From: Promethearchaeota archaeon
Lineage (GTDB): Archaea; Asgardarchaeota; Lokiarchaeia; Sigyniarchaeales; SOKP01
DNA length: 44,537 nucleotides
Assembly: GCA_018238625.1 (NCBI GenBank)
Contig: JABCSY010000024.1
Coordinates: 1-44,537 of the forward strand
Direction: 5' to 3'
The notes beneath the pieces were generated by a model, which saw only the letters and a program-made list of their open reading frames with translations, was not told the origin of the DNA and searched no databases. Positions within the stretch are counted from its first letter, which is position 1; each line of letters begins with the position of its first letter. The position numbers were made by a program, and so were the translations under genes. This document shows positions 10,178 to 19,361 of the stretch, piece after piece.

Positions 10178-10487
10178 ACCTTTATTTTTGTTTTTTTCAA
10201 ATTCAATTTTTCCGTTTTCGAAAATAATCATTTTTTTGGATCAAAGATAGGTGTTAATTAAGATAGGTGGAATAGTTTTTCAATTAGGACTGCCCATCCT
10301 AAATCGTTGATCGGAAATGATCAAATTAAAAAAGAGATAACATACTATTTAACATTTTTGTCAAAAAATTAATCTTCTCCATTAACACAAGATACGTCCG
10401 TCTATTGTTTTTTCCTTTATTCACCAAACTTTTTTTTAAGATATCATTCCTTAATATAATAAAGATTTACCAAAAATAGGTGCTAAA

Positions 10488-10727
10488 ATGAAATCAAGGA
10501 AAAAAATTGAGCTAATTAATGAAATTTTAGATAGGTATGACGAGGGTACATGCTTCTACTGCGGACAAATTCTAAATGGTGATTTGGAGGCTGATGATTT
10601 TGACGATGGCTATTCTGCCGATTGGTGTCCTGACTGTTGTAAAAATATTGATCCCGATGATAATTGGGAGGAAGTATGCTTAGATGCAATTGATAAAGTT
10701 ATTCACGATAGCCCCTTTAAGCCTTAA
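10488..10727 (+). CDS. Small acidic zinc-ribbon protein
   Basis: CFYC...CPDC, Asp-rich; AGGTG Shine-Dalgarno-like sequence upstream. Confidence 0.7.
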   Translation: MKSRKKIELINEILDRYDEGTCFYCGQILNGDLEADDFDDGYSADWCPDCCKNIDPDDNWEEVCLDAIDKVIHDSPFKP

Positions 10728-10761
10728 ACCTTCAAACGAAATATCAAAATAATTAATCTTT

Positions 10762-11190
10762 TTAACCTTTATTTCCCGTCTCAGTTTCACATATACAATG
10801 ACTTGAACTTAAGATCTCTTCACCGCAAGGGCACTTTTTGGGATGCCCATACTTCTTACAAATTTTATTTATAGTTTCACACGAGAAAAGTAGATTCAGC
10901 TTTTCGCTTTCTCTATGTGCAAGTTCTGGTTTTACACCTAATTCGTAATGTAATAGCGTTTCTACGAGTCTTGCGTGCCTAAATAATTCTTTTGCTAAAT
11001 CACTCCCCTTAGATGTTAACTTGACTTCATGATAAGCTTCGTAATTCACATAACCTTTATTTTTTAGTCTTTTAATACAACTACCTAAAGTTGAGTGAGC
11101 GATTAGCATTTTTTTTGAAAGATAACTAATTTTTATGGGTTCTTCTAAACGATATATAAGCTTTATTACTTTATAATCCAAATCCATCAT
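10762..11190 (-). CDS. DtxR/MntR-family metal-dependent transcriptional regulator
   Basis: wHTH, VKLTSKG, RLVETLL, YGHPKKCPCG; last gene of the metal ABC operon. Confidence 0.88.
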   Translation of the reverse strand: MMDLDYKVIKLIYRLEEPIKISYLSKKMLIAHSTLGSCIKRLKNKGYVNYEAYHEVKLTSKGSDLAKELFRHARLVETLLHYELGVKPELAHRESEKLNLLFSCETINKICKKYGHPKKCPCGEEILSSSHCICETETGNKG

Positions 11191-11218
11191 GATTATTAGT
11201 TTAAAATCTTCATTTTTA

Positions 11219-11935
11219 TTAATGATTTATAAATATTTCATCTATTATTTCCTTTACCCTTTTATCATTTGGACTGCCATCAAATACAATACTACCATCC
11301 AATAACAATAGCCTTGAACAATATGGAGTTAGTAAATCTAAATGATGGTTTATAACTATAATAGTAATATTGAATTTTTCATTTAATTCAGTAAGTAATT
11401 CCATTAACTCTTTCACCATTAAAAAATCCAAAGCGCTAGTTGGTTCATCTAAAAGTATAACTTTAGGTTCAGAAACTAAGGCTCGTGCTACCATAACTTT
11501 TTGCAATTCTCCCCCAGATAAATGCCCAATTGGTCGATTCTTAAATTTTCCCATGTGAACATCGTGTAAAGCTTTCTCAGCTTGCTTTTTATCTTCAATT
11601 CTTAAAGGTTTTAAAAATCCAATTTTCCCATATAATCCCATCTCAACAACCTCTAAAACTGAAGCAGGAAAAGTTTTTCTAGCTTTTGGATTTTGAGGTA
11701 CATAACCAATATTTACTCTTTCTTTTTTTAAATTATATGAGTTAAATAATTTCACTGTACCTTTAATTGGCTTTTTCAAACCTAATATTGTACTTAATAA
11801 AGAAGTTTTACCTGAACCATTTGGACCAAAAATTCCGATATATTCACCTTGATAAATGTCTAAATTAATATTATTAAGTGCAATGGTATTTTGATATCCT
11901 ACTTTAATATCTCTTAAACTAATAATTGGATCCAT
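11219..11935 (-). CDS. znuC: Zn/Mn ABC transporter ATP-binding subunit
   Basis: GPNGSGKT, IGYVPQ, LSGGELQ, LLDEPT. Real start is probably ATG 11935 (MDPIISL), overlapping the upstream stop as TAATG. Confidence 0.85.
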   Translation of the reverse strand: MDPIISLRDIKVGYQNTIALNNINLDIYQGEYIGIFGPNGSGKTSLLSTILGLKKPIKGTVKLFNSYNLKKERVNIGYVPQNPKARKTFPASVLEVVEMGLYGKIGFLKPLRIEDKKQAEKALHDVHMGKFKNRPIGHLSGGELQKVMVARALVSEPKVILLDEPTSALDFLMVKELMELLTELNEKFNITIIVINHHLDLLTPYCSRLLLLDGSIVFDGSPNDKRVKEIIDEIFINH

Positions 11936-12993
11936 TATCTTCTCCTCCTTAAAATTATTCCTATAACAAAAATAATTGCTACAGAAATTCCTATTATTAA
12001 AATGATTAACCATAAGTCTAAAATTGGGGGCGGATCTAGCGGATGTGCTAATGCCCATATATCATATTCGATCATCTGGGTATAATTCTCGATAGTAACA
12101 TCATTACCATCCCATTTAACATCTACATTTAATAAGGGTGTTAATATTGCAATTTTAGAATTAGTTTCTCTTGCGATTTCATATATGTTTTCAGTTTCAC
12201 GTTGGGGATTAGTAACAATTAAATGGCAATTCTGCTGTTTCATAATGGTTATTGTATTAGCCATATCTTTAGCAGAGGGTTCTTGGCCCTCTCCTTTCTC
12301 GATAGTCGCTATTCTCGAAATGTTAAGCAAAGACTCCTGAAACAAATAAAAGAAGGAGGGATGATTCACAACTAATTTTGTTCCTTGAAAAATACTCTTA
12401 ACAGTATCTATTTCAACTAATAATAAATCTAAAGTATTTATATAAGTTTCTGTATTATTAGAAAAAATCCACTTATTAGACTGAAGTGGTTCATTATCCC
12501 AAAGAGTGTTATTAATTTTATTAGTAAAATTTATAATGTTATTAGGATCCATCCATACATGAGGATTTGTAAATCCTAATAACGGATCTATCTTGAGCAT
12601 TAATGGATCTACTAATTTAACTACAAGAGAATCTTCCCATCTTGATCTCCACCAAGGTTCTAAATCGGCTATTCCCAATCGGAAGATAATATCTGCATTT
12701 TCCAACGCTGATACCTCACTGCTAGTTGGTTCATATGAATGGGGATCTTCTGCTCCACTTACAATCACAACAACATCTTGTCCAAGTATTTTTGTTACAA
12801 TATCTTGAATTATTGTAATAGATGTAACTATATTTAAAGTTGTAGTAGATGGTTTAATCGTAGAATTAATTTGAGGATTTTCATAATCGGTTTCAATTGG
12901 AATATTTTCAGCAAAAAATATTCCTGTAACCAGATAAACTATCGAGAAAAGAGTAAATAATCGATATTTTGAGTGAATTTTTATGCGGCCCAT
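11935..12993 (-). CDS. znuA: Zn/Mn ABC transporter substrate-binding protein with C-terminal TM anchor
   Basis: DPHSYEPT, NPHVWMDP, HPSFFY, EPSAKD; C-terminal TM followed by RRRR. Confidence 0.85.
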   Translation of the reverse strand: MGRIKIHSKYRLFTLFSIVYLVTGIFFAENIPIETDYENPQINSTIKPSTTTLNIVTSITIIQDIVTKILGQDVVVIVSGAEDPHSYEPTSSEVSALENADIIFRLGIADLEPWWRSRWEDSLVVKLVDPLMLKIDPLLGFTNPHVWMDPNNIINFTNKINNTLWDNEPLQSNKWIFSNNTETYINTLDLLLVEIDTVKSIFQGTKLVVNHPSFFYLFQESLLNISRIATIEKGEGQEPSAKDMANTITIMKQQNCHLIVTNPQRETENIYEIARETNSKIAILTPLLNVDVKWDGNDVTIENYTQMIEYDIWALAHPLDPPPILDLWLIILIIGISVAIIFVIGIILRRRR

Positions 12994-12999
12994 TTAGTT

Positions 13000-13031
13000 T
13001 TACGATTATTCGTAATTACGATTGATCGTAA
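13000..13031. promoter_or_regulatory. Two abutting 16-bp palindromic operators TTACGA-N4-TCGTAA
   Basis: TTACGATTATTCGTAA (13000-13015) and TTACGATTGATCGTAA (13016-13031), 6 nt upstream of the znuA ATG in the divergent znuA/znuB spacer. Confidence 0.75.
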
Positions 13032-13138
13032 ATAAGATTCAATATTATTTAAATGTTCTCATGGCATAAAATTATAAGGAATGGGTTTAAAATAAAATTA
13101 GAAAACATAAAAACTGATTTTTTTAAAAATGATAAAAA

Positions 13139-14086
13139 ATGATTTATCAAAATTTTTTTGAAGCCTTAATGGAATTTTCATTTTTACAACGGGCGTTAAT
13201 AACATCAATATTAGTGGGAGTTATTTGTGGATTAGTGGGAGTTTTTATAATTTTAAGACAACTCGTATTTATGGGAGCGGGAATTGCACATGCTTCTTTT
13301 GCAGGTGGTGCTCTTGGGATCCTTATTGGAGTTAACCCCTTCTTAACTATTTTTATGTTTGGTGCAGGTTCTGCACTTGCAATTGGATTTATTAACGAAA
13401 AGGGTTATGTAGAAGATAATAACGTTGCTGTAGGGATAATATTTTCGTTTACTATGGCTTTGGCAGTATTGTTTATTAGTTTAATACAAACTTATAATGC
13501 TGGTGTAAATGCTATTTTATTCGGAAATGTTCTTGTAGTTACAACAGAAGACCTTGTGCTATTAGTTTTATTTAGTATATTTATTCTTGGAATTATATAT
13601 TTCATGAAAAAAGAATTATTTTTTATGACTTTTGATGAAGAAATGGCAAGTGCTACAGGGCTACCCATCAGATTTTTGTCTTATTTGTTTTTAATATTAA
13701 TTTCACTAGCTATTGTAGTCTCTTTAAAAGCAATAGGTGCGATTTTAGTTTTTGCCATGATAGTTACTCCTGCTGCAGCAGCTTATCAGTGGAGTTACAG
13801 AATAAATAGAATAATATTACTATCAATGTTATTTGGAGCTTTCTCCTCATTTTTAGGATTATTCTTCTCATATGAATTAGATTTGCCTTCAGGTGCTACT
13901 ATTACTATAACAGTAAGTATAGTTTTTGTGATTTCAATGATATTTTCTCCAAAACGTCGCGCTGGTAAAGCTGTTGGCTCTAAACACATAGATATTTGTG
14001 AAACATGTAAAAAAGCCGAAATTAAAGGGGAATGTGCTCTATGCAATCTTGAAGATGAAGTTGAAACCCATAATCATAAACACTAA
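13139..14086 (+). CDS. znuB: Zn/Mn ABC transporter permease with Cys/His-rich tail
   Basis: FLQRAL, GIAHASFAG, LFGNVL, TFDEEMA, VTPAAAA, DLPSGATI. Confidence 0.88.
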   Translation: MIYQNFFEALMEFSFLQRALITSILVGVICGLVGVFIILRQLVFMGAGIAHASFAGGALGILIGVNPFLTIFMFGAGSALAIGFINEKGYVEDNNVAVGIIFSFTMALAVLFISLIQTYNAGVNAILFGNVLVVTTEDLVLLVLFSIFILGIIYFMKKELFFMTFDEEMASATGLPIRFLSYLFLILISLAIVVSLKAIGAILVFAMIVTPAAAAYQWSYRINRIILLSMLFGAFSSFLGLFFSYELDLPSGATITITVSIVFVISMIFSPKRRAGKAVGSKHIDICETCKKAEIKGECALCNLEDEVETHNHKH

Positions 14087-14157
14087 GAATTTAAACTACC
14101 AATAATAAGATATGTGCTCTTTTCATTGATATTATTAAGAATTATTGAGGTTAATTA

Positions 14158-15594
14158 ATTATTCGCAAACCACTTCCATTAATTTGTACTGATTGTGAAA
14201 AGGAATATAATCTTGACTCGATAGAGTACAGATGTCCAGATTGTAATGGTTTACTTTGGGTTAAATCAAATATTAGTAACTTCAAGAACTCTTTTCTTAA
14301 AATTAAACAAATTCATAATTTTTGGGATTTTTATTTCGCCTTACCTGAGATTGATAAAAAATTTCTTGTAACTTTGGGAGAGGGTGGAACGTCATGTAAA
14401 GATTCTGAAAGAATTGGGCGGGTTTTAGGTTTGAAAAACTTGAGTTTTAAAAATGAGACACAAAATCCTTATACAAACTCATTTAAAGATCGCGTTGGTG
14501 CATTATTAATATCTCATGCTCGAAGTTGGGATTACAAAAAGGTTGTTTGTGCCTCAAATGGAAACCAAGGCGCTTCTATTGCCGCTTATGCTTCACTTGA
14601 AGGATTGAAATGTGTTAACATAATTCCGAAAGAAATTGACATTGGTAAGCGAGCTCAAATAATCACCTATAATTCTGAATTAATTATAAAGGGGGAAACT
14701 GTTGATGATACTTTGAAATATTCGTTAGAACCACAATATAACTTATATTACCAAAGTACTCCTGAATACAATCCCCTAACAATAGAAGCTCAAAAGACAA
14801 TATCGTTTGAAATATATCAACAAAAAGGAGTTCCGGATTGGGTTATCGTCCCAATGGGGAGCGGTGAATTATTAGTAAGTATATGGAAAGGGTTTTCTGA
14901 ACTCAAAGAAGCAGATATTATTAATAAATTTCCAAAATTAATTGGAGTCCAGTCCCAAGCTTCCGCACCAATTGTCGATAACTTTTATGAAAAGAGCCAA
15001 AATAAAAAGGGAAATAATGAAAAAATAAATTCTTTAGCTTTAGGAGTTTTAGTTAGGGACCCAATATTTAAAAATTTAGCGCTAAAATGTATCAAAAAAA
15101 GCAAAGGAACAGCTATTGCCATTCCTGAGAATATAATCTTAAGTTCAATTGATGAATTAATTAGAAATGAGGGAATTCTTGCAGAACCTGCATCAGCTTT
15201 AACTTTATCAGCAGTTTATACCTTAGAACGACAAGGGATTTTTAATAATGATGATAAGATCATCTGCCTTATAACAGGTAGCGGATTAAAAGCACCATAT
15301 GTACTCGAAGCAATTTCATCAAGAACTAAAACTGCGGGAACAGGAAAGATATTGAGCACTAAATTGAAAATTCTGTCTCAAATTTCTTTATCTAAAAAAA
15401 ATGGAATAGATGGAACTAAAATAAGAGAAATTATCGGCTCTATAAAACGTGCCGCAGTTTATCAGCATTTGAAGGAATTAGAATCAAAAAATTTAATATT
15501 TAGAAAAAAAGAAGGGAAAATTGTGTTATATTTTATCACTGATAATGGTAGAAAGGTATTAGAAGCCTTAGATATACTAATTACTTTACTTTAA
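14158..15594 (+). CDS. thrC: Threonine synthase-like PLP enzyme with N-terminal zinc ribbon and C-terminal winged HTH
   Basis: VTLGEGGT, NPYTNSFKDR (PLP lysine), ASNGNQG, VPMGSG, LITGSGLK. The frame stays open upstream of 14374 through CTDC...CPDC to a stop at 14152-14154; start inferred at an ATT codon. Confidence 0.75.
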   Translation: MIRKPLPLICTDCEKEYNLDSIEYRCPDCNGLLWVKSNISNFKNSFLKIKQIHNFWDFYFALPEIDKKFLVTLGEGGTSCKDSERIGRVLGLKNLSFKNETQNPYTNSFKDRVGALLISHARSWDYKKVVCASNGNQGASIAAYASLEGLKCVNIIPKEIDIGKRAQIITYNSELIIKGETVDDTLKYSLEPQYNLYYQSTPEYNPLTIEAQKTISFEIYQQKGVPDWVIVPMGSGELLVSIWKGFSELKEADIINKFPKLIGVQSQASAPIVDNFYEKSQNKKGNNEKINSLALGVLVRDPIFKNLALKCIKKSKGTAIAIPENIILSSIDELIRNEGILAEPASALTLSAVYTLERQGIFNNDDKIICLITGSGLKAPYVLEAISSRTKTAGTGKILSTKLKILSQISLSKKNGIDGTKIREIIGSIKRAAVYQHLKELESKNLIFRKKEGKIVLYFITDNGRKVLEALDILITLL

Positions 15595-16220
15595 GTATCT
15601 TCAAGAGAAATTTCCGGTGAATTAAATTGAAGAAATACTTTATCAAATACTTGGGGTAAACTATCTACAATATTTTTTCTGGCAACAAAAGCAAAAATTA
15701 ACGCTGATGAAACTCCTAACCCAAATTGAATTGTCCCATTAAAGAAAAACTCAAATAACGCACTAGGAAAGCCGTATAATACTATTTCAACTATTAAATA
15801 ACCGAAAACCATTACTAAACCTCCAAAAATTACCGCTAAAAAATCTCTATAATTAAGTTTTAAGTGATGTTTTTTTGGATTGGCAATAAATCCTACAATA
15901 AATCCTTCTAACCCCTTTATAATTAAAGTCGGTATTGCGTATATGGGCGCTATGAATAAATCTGCCAGTGCTGAGCCAAATCCTCCCGCAATACCTCCTA
16001 TTATGGGTCCAAATAAAAGCCCAGAGATCATTACTCCAATATCCCCAAGATTAATGTACCCTTGAGTCGCAGGGATTGTTATGGGCACAATAAATGTTAA
16101 GACACATGTTAAAGCTGCAAATATCCCAATTATTGATACGATTAAAGCATTTGTTGGTAATATATAACCGTAAAAAGTCCTATTTTTTGAAAATTGTTTA
16201 TTCTCTGGCATTATTAACAC
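15591..16220 (-). CDS. ECF transporter S component
   Basis: PATQGYINLGD, LLFGPIIG, GSALADL, TLIIKGLEG. Confidence 0.85.
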   Translation of the reverse strand: MLIMPENKQFSKNRTFYGYILPTNALIVSIIGIFAALTCVLTFIVPITIPATQGYINLGDIGVMISGLLFGPIIGGIAGGFGSALADLFIAPIYAIPTLIIKGLEGFIVGFIANPKKHHLKLNYRDFLAVIFGGLVMVFGYLIVEIVLYGFPSALFEFFFNGTIQFGLGVSSALIFAFVARKNIVDSLPQVFDKVFLQFNSPEISLEDT

Positions 16221-16450
16221 GACTTATGATTTTTTAAATAATTTAGTATGGTTTCAACTTATATATGAATTTCATCTTTTATAAAATTAATTATCCAAAG
16301 AGAATACCTCTAAGAATTTCTTAATAAAAAGAAAACAAAATGACATTAGGAAATATATAAATTAAACAACTTCTATTATTTTTTAGATAAATTCCCAACA
16401 ACAGATTAAAATTAGTAAGGTTTTTTTTACACGAAGAGGTATTATGGTCT

Positions 16451-17995
16451 ATGGGTTTTTCCAACGATAATAAGGATGGAATGGAAATTGACAATCTATT
16501 CGAAATGGTCATCAATTTATACAATGCTTTAATGAAAACATTCCCAGATTTAGTCGTGATTCTAGATTTAGAAGGAAACATCATAAATATTTCACGAAAC
16601 ATTCAAAATTTTTATCCTACAAAAAGCATAGAAGATTTCATTGGAAAAAACATTATAGAGCTCGTAGTATCAGAAGACCGAGAGCCATTTAAAGAAGATC
16701 TTGAAAAAGCTATAAATCAAGGATTTTTAAAAATGGTAGAATATAACTTCTCTGGAGAGAAGGATTCGAGATTTATAGGAGAACTAAGTTTAAGTTTAAT
16801 TAAAAACAAAAAAAACGAACCAAATTTCTTTATTGGGATAATACGAGATATTACGAATCAAAAATGTACAGAGAGCGAACTAAGAGAAAACAAACAAATG
16901 TTCCAGTTAGTAATTGATAATATTCCACAACTAATTTCTTGGAAGGACAAAAACTCTAACTATTTGGGTTGCAATAGTAATTTTGCTAGAGTTGCAGGTC
17001 TTAATACTCCCGATGAGATAATAAATAAAACTGATTACGAATTACCTTGGAAAGTTTCGGAAACAGAGTCATTTTTTGAAATCGATCAATTAGTCATGGA
17101 CACTAACAAGTCAGAAATTCACATAATCTTGCCTCAACTTCAAGCAGATGGGAAAGGAGCTTGGCTTGATGCTAATAAGATTCCTTTACATGACTTAAAT
17201 AAAAAAGTTGTTGGATTGCTAAGCACTTACGAAGATATCTCAGAGAGAATTAAAACAGAAAAGATTCTTAAAAAATCAGAAAAGAAATATAAGGACGCGT
17301 ATAATAGAGCAGAATTTTATAAAGACGTGTTTGCTCACGACGTAAGCAACATCTTACAAGGGATACTCTCTTCAATCGAGTTGTGTAAATTATATTTAAA
17401 AAATGCTCAAACGCAATTAAGTTTAGAAAGTCTGTATGACATAATTGAAGATCAGGTAAATCGTGGAGCAAAACTCGTTTCAAATATTAGAAAAATATCT
17501 TCGGTTAGTGATCATGAGAGCACAATTACTCCGATTAACATTTGTAGCTTGATTGATATCTCTTTAGAAAATGTTCGTAAGATGCTTCCAAAAAAACAAA
17601 TTGTTTGGCAATACAATTCAGAATACGATGAAATTTATGGTAAAGCAAATAGTCTCTTACAAGATGTCTTCGAAAATATCTTACATAATGCGGTGAAACA
17701 CAATAGAAATGCTATAATTGAAATCCAAATATATGTTTTAAAAGAAGTTCAAGATAAAATTAATTATATCAGATTAGAATTCATAGACAACGGATTAGGA
17801 ATAGCAGATGCTCAGAAACACACTATTTTTCAAAGGGGGACTTTAGAGACCAGTAGTTTTAATAGGTTAGGTTTAGGCTTGTCATTAGTAAAAAAATTGG
17901 TTGAAACTTATCAAGGAAAGATATGGGTCGAAGATAAAGTTAAAGGGGATCATAAAAAAGGTAGTAAATTTATTATTATGATTAAAGAATGGTAA
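16451..17995 (+). CDS. Soluble PAS-PAS histidine kinase
   Basis: Two PAS/PAC domains, H-box FAHDVSN, N-box ENILHNAVKH, DNGLG, GLGL; no TM segments. Confidence 0.92.
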   Translation: MGFSNDNKDGMEIDNLFEMVINLYNALMKTFPDLVVILDLEGNIINISRNIQNFYPTKSIEDFIGKNIIELVVSEDREPFKEDLEKAINQGFLKMVEYNFSGEKDSRFIGELSLSLIKNKKNEPNFFIGIIRDITNQKCTESELRENKQMFQLVIDNIPQLISWKDKNSNYLGCNSNFARVAGLNTPDEIINKTDYELPWKVSETESFFEIDQLVMDTNKSEIHIILPQLQADGKGAWLDANKIPLHDLNKKVVGLLSTYEDISERIKTEKILKKSEKKYKDAYNRAEFYKDVFAHDVSNILQGILSSIELCKLYLKNAQTQLSLESLYDIIEDQVNRGAKLVSNIRKISSVSDHESTITPINICSLIDISLENVRKMLPKKQIVWQYNSEYDEIYGKANSLLQDVFENILHNAVKHNRNAIIEIQIYVLKEVQDKINYIRLEFIDNGLGIADAQKHTIFQRGTLETSSFNRLGLGLSLVKKLVETYQGKIWVEDKVKGDHKKGSKFIIMIKEW

Positions 17996-18189
17996 TTTTT
18001 TCGAATTGTTTTAGAAATATGCACTGTATCATCGATTTAAAAGAATATCACCTCTCTATGATTTATACTGTTTAAGTAGAAAATATGTTGTAGAATTAAA
18101 CCGTAATAAAAAAAAATAATTCAAGAAGATTTAAATTAGAAGTCTTTTTTCGATCTAGCTAATAAATACTTTCTTAAAATTTGATTAAG

Positions 18190-18975
18190 ATGTATGATAT
18201 TTTATTCTGGATTTTTGTAGCTCTTTTAATGTTATTTCTCAGTACTTTATTCACTGTGGGTATTTTTTTATTGGTTAAGGGAATCCAAAGGAAAATTGTA
18301 GAGCTTTTATGTTTAGGGACAAGTTTTACAGTAATACCGATTGGATTTGTTGGTAATTTTATTTTGAATATTCAATCAGGATATCTCTTCCAAGAGATTT
18401 TTGTTAATATCGGTTTTATTCTAGCAGTTATTTTTACTAATTTAACATTTCATAAAAATCGTAAATCTCCTGCTAAACTAATACTTTTTGTAGTAATAGC
18501 GTTAGCTATTATTCAGCAAATTTTTTATGGAATGATGGCTATTGAGCGAACTCCTCTTCTTTATTATTTACAAGCCGTTTTTGATCTTCCCTATGTTTTT
18601 TTAGTTTTTAATTGGCTGGCATGGTCATCTTATTCAGCATATAAAATTATTAAAAACCAAGATATTGAACCATGGATAAAAGTTAGATATAGGTTAATCT
18701 CTATCCTCTCATTTATTATGAGTTTTCACAGCCTACCTGAATTTTTTCAACCATATAATACGCCATGGGGGTCTCCAAGTAATATAATAAGCCTAGCTGT
18801 TTTTGGTACAACTGCTATAATATCAGTAATTTTTGCATTTGGGTTTAGTTTAGCCTGGATGATGCCAAATTGGTTAAAAAAGTATCTAAATAGAAATTAT
18901 CAAACAGAAAAGGATAGTGAATTTACCGAAGAAGAACTAATGAATTTGGTAAGAAAACAACTAACTGAAAGTTAA
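18190..18975 (+). CDS. Hypothetical seven-TM membrane protein
   Basis: Seven hydrophobic segments, then PNWLKKYL and an acidic tail; ATG 18190 preferred over TTG 18181. Confidence 0.75.
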   Translation: MYDILFWIFVALLMLFLSTLFTVGIFLLVKGIQRKIVELLCLGTSFTVIPIGFVGNFILNIQSGYLFQEIFVNIGFILAVIFTNLTFHKNRKSPAKLILFVVIALAIIQQIFYGMMAIERTPLLYYLQAVFDLPYVFLVFNWLAWSSYSAYKIIKNQDIEPWIKVRYRLISILSFIMSFHSLPEFFQPYNTPWGSPSNIISLAVFGTTAIISVIFAFGFSLAWMMPNWLKKYLNRNYQTEKDSEFTEEELMNLVRKQLTES

Positions 18976-18979
18976 AATA

Positions 18980-19255
18980 ATGGAAATAATTAAACTCTTA
19001 GGAAACAAATTAGCGGAAAAAATCAATGTAAGTTCCCCCGCAGGTAGAGGTTTAATTAAATTAGCAATTAATGACGAGTTGGGGCCTTTTAAACCCCTAA
19101 ATCAACTTGAATTTGTTGATTTCAAGAATACCATAAAAAATTCATTGAAGATGAGATTAGAGAAACTAGATATAAATTCTACGAGTGAAATAATTGATTT
19201 ACTACTGGAGAAACTTACTAAAAATCAATCATTAATTACAATTGGAACTGTATAA
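18980..19255 (+). CDS. Small soluble helical hypothetical protein, cotranscribed with the 7TM gene
   Basis: 91-aa ORF starting 4 nt after the 7TM stop. Confidence 0.75.
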   Translation: MEIIKLLGNKLAEKINVSSPAGRGLIKLAINDELGPFKPLNQLEFVDFKNTIKNSLKMRLEKLDINSTSEIIDLLLEKLTKNQSLITIGTV

Positions 19256-19361
19256 AAGGAACAATCTTTTTATTTTCAAATTATGATAAGGTTTTTTTGA
19301 TTAGGGCAAGAAGAAAATATGATTGAAAAATCTTAATATTTGTTAAGAATACATTATAATT

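Noticed and set aside
11936-12058. N-terminal extension of znuC in the ORF track
   Set aside because: It overlaps the znuA TM anchor; ATG 11935 with TAATG coupling is more plausible.
16321-16602. 93-aa minus-strand ORF
   Set aside because: Overlaps the histidine kinase start and promoter; low-complexity composition.
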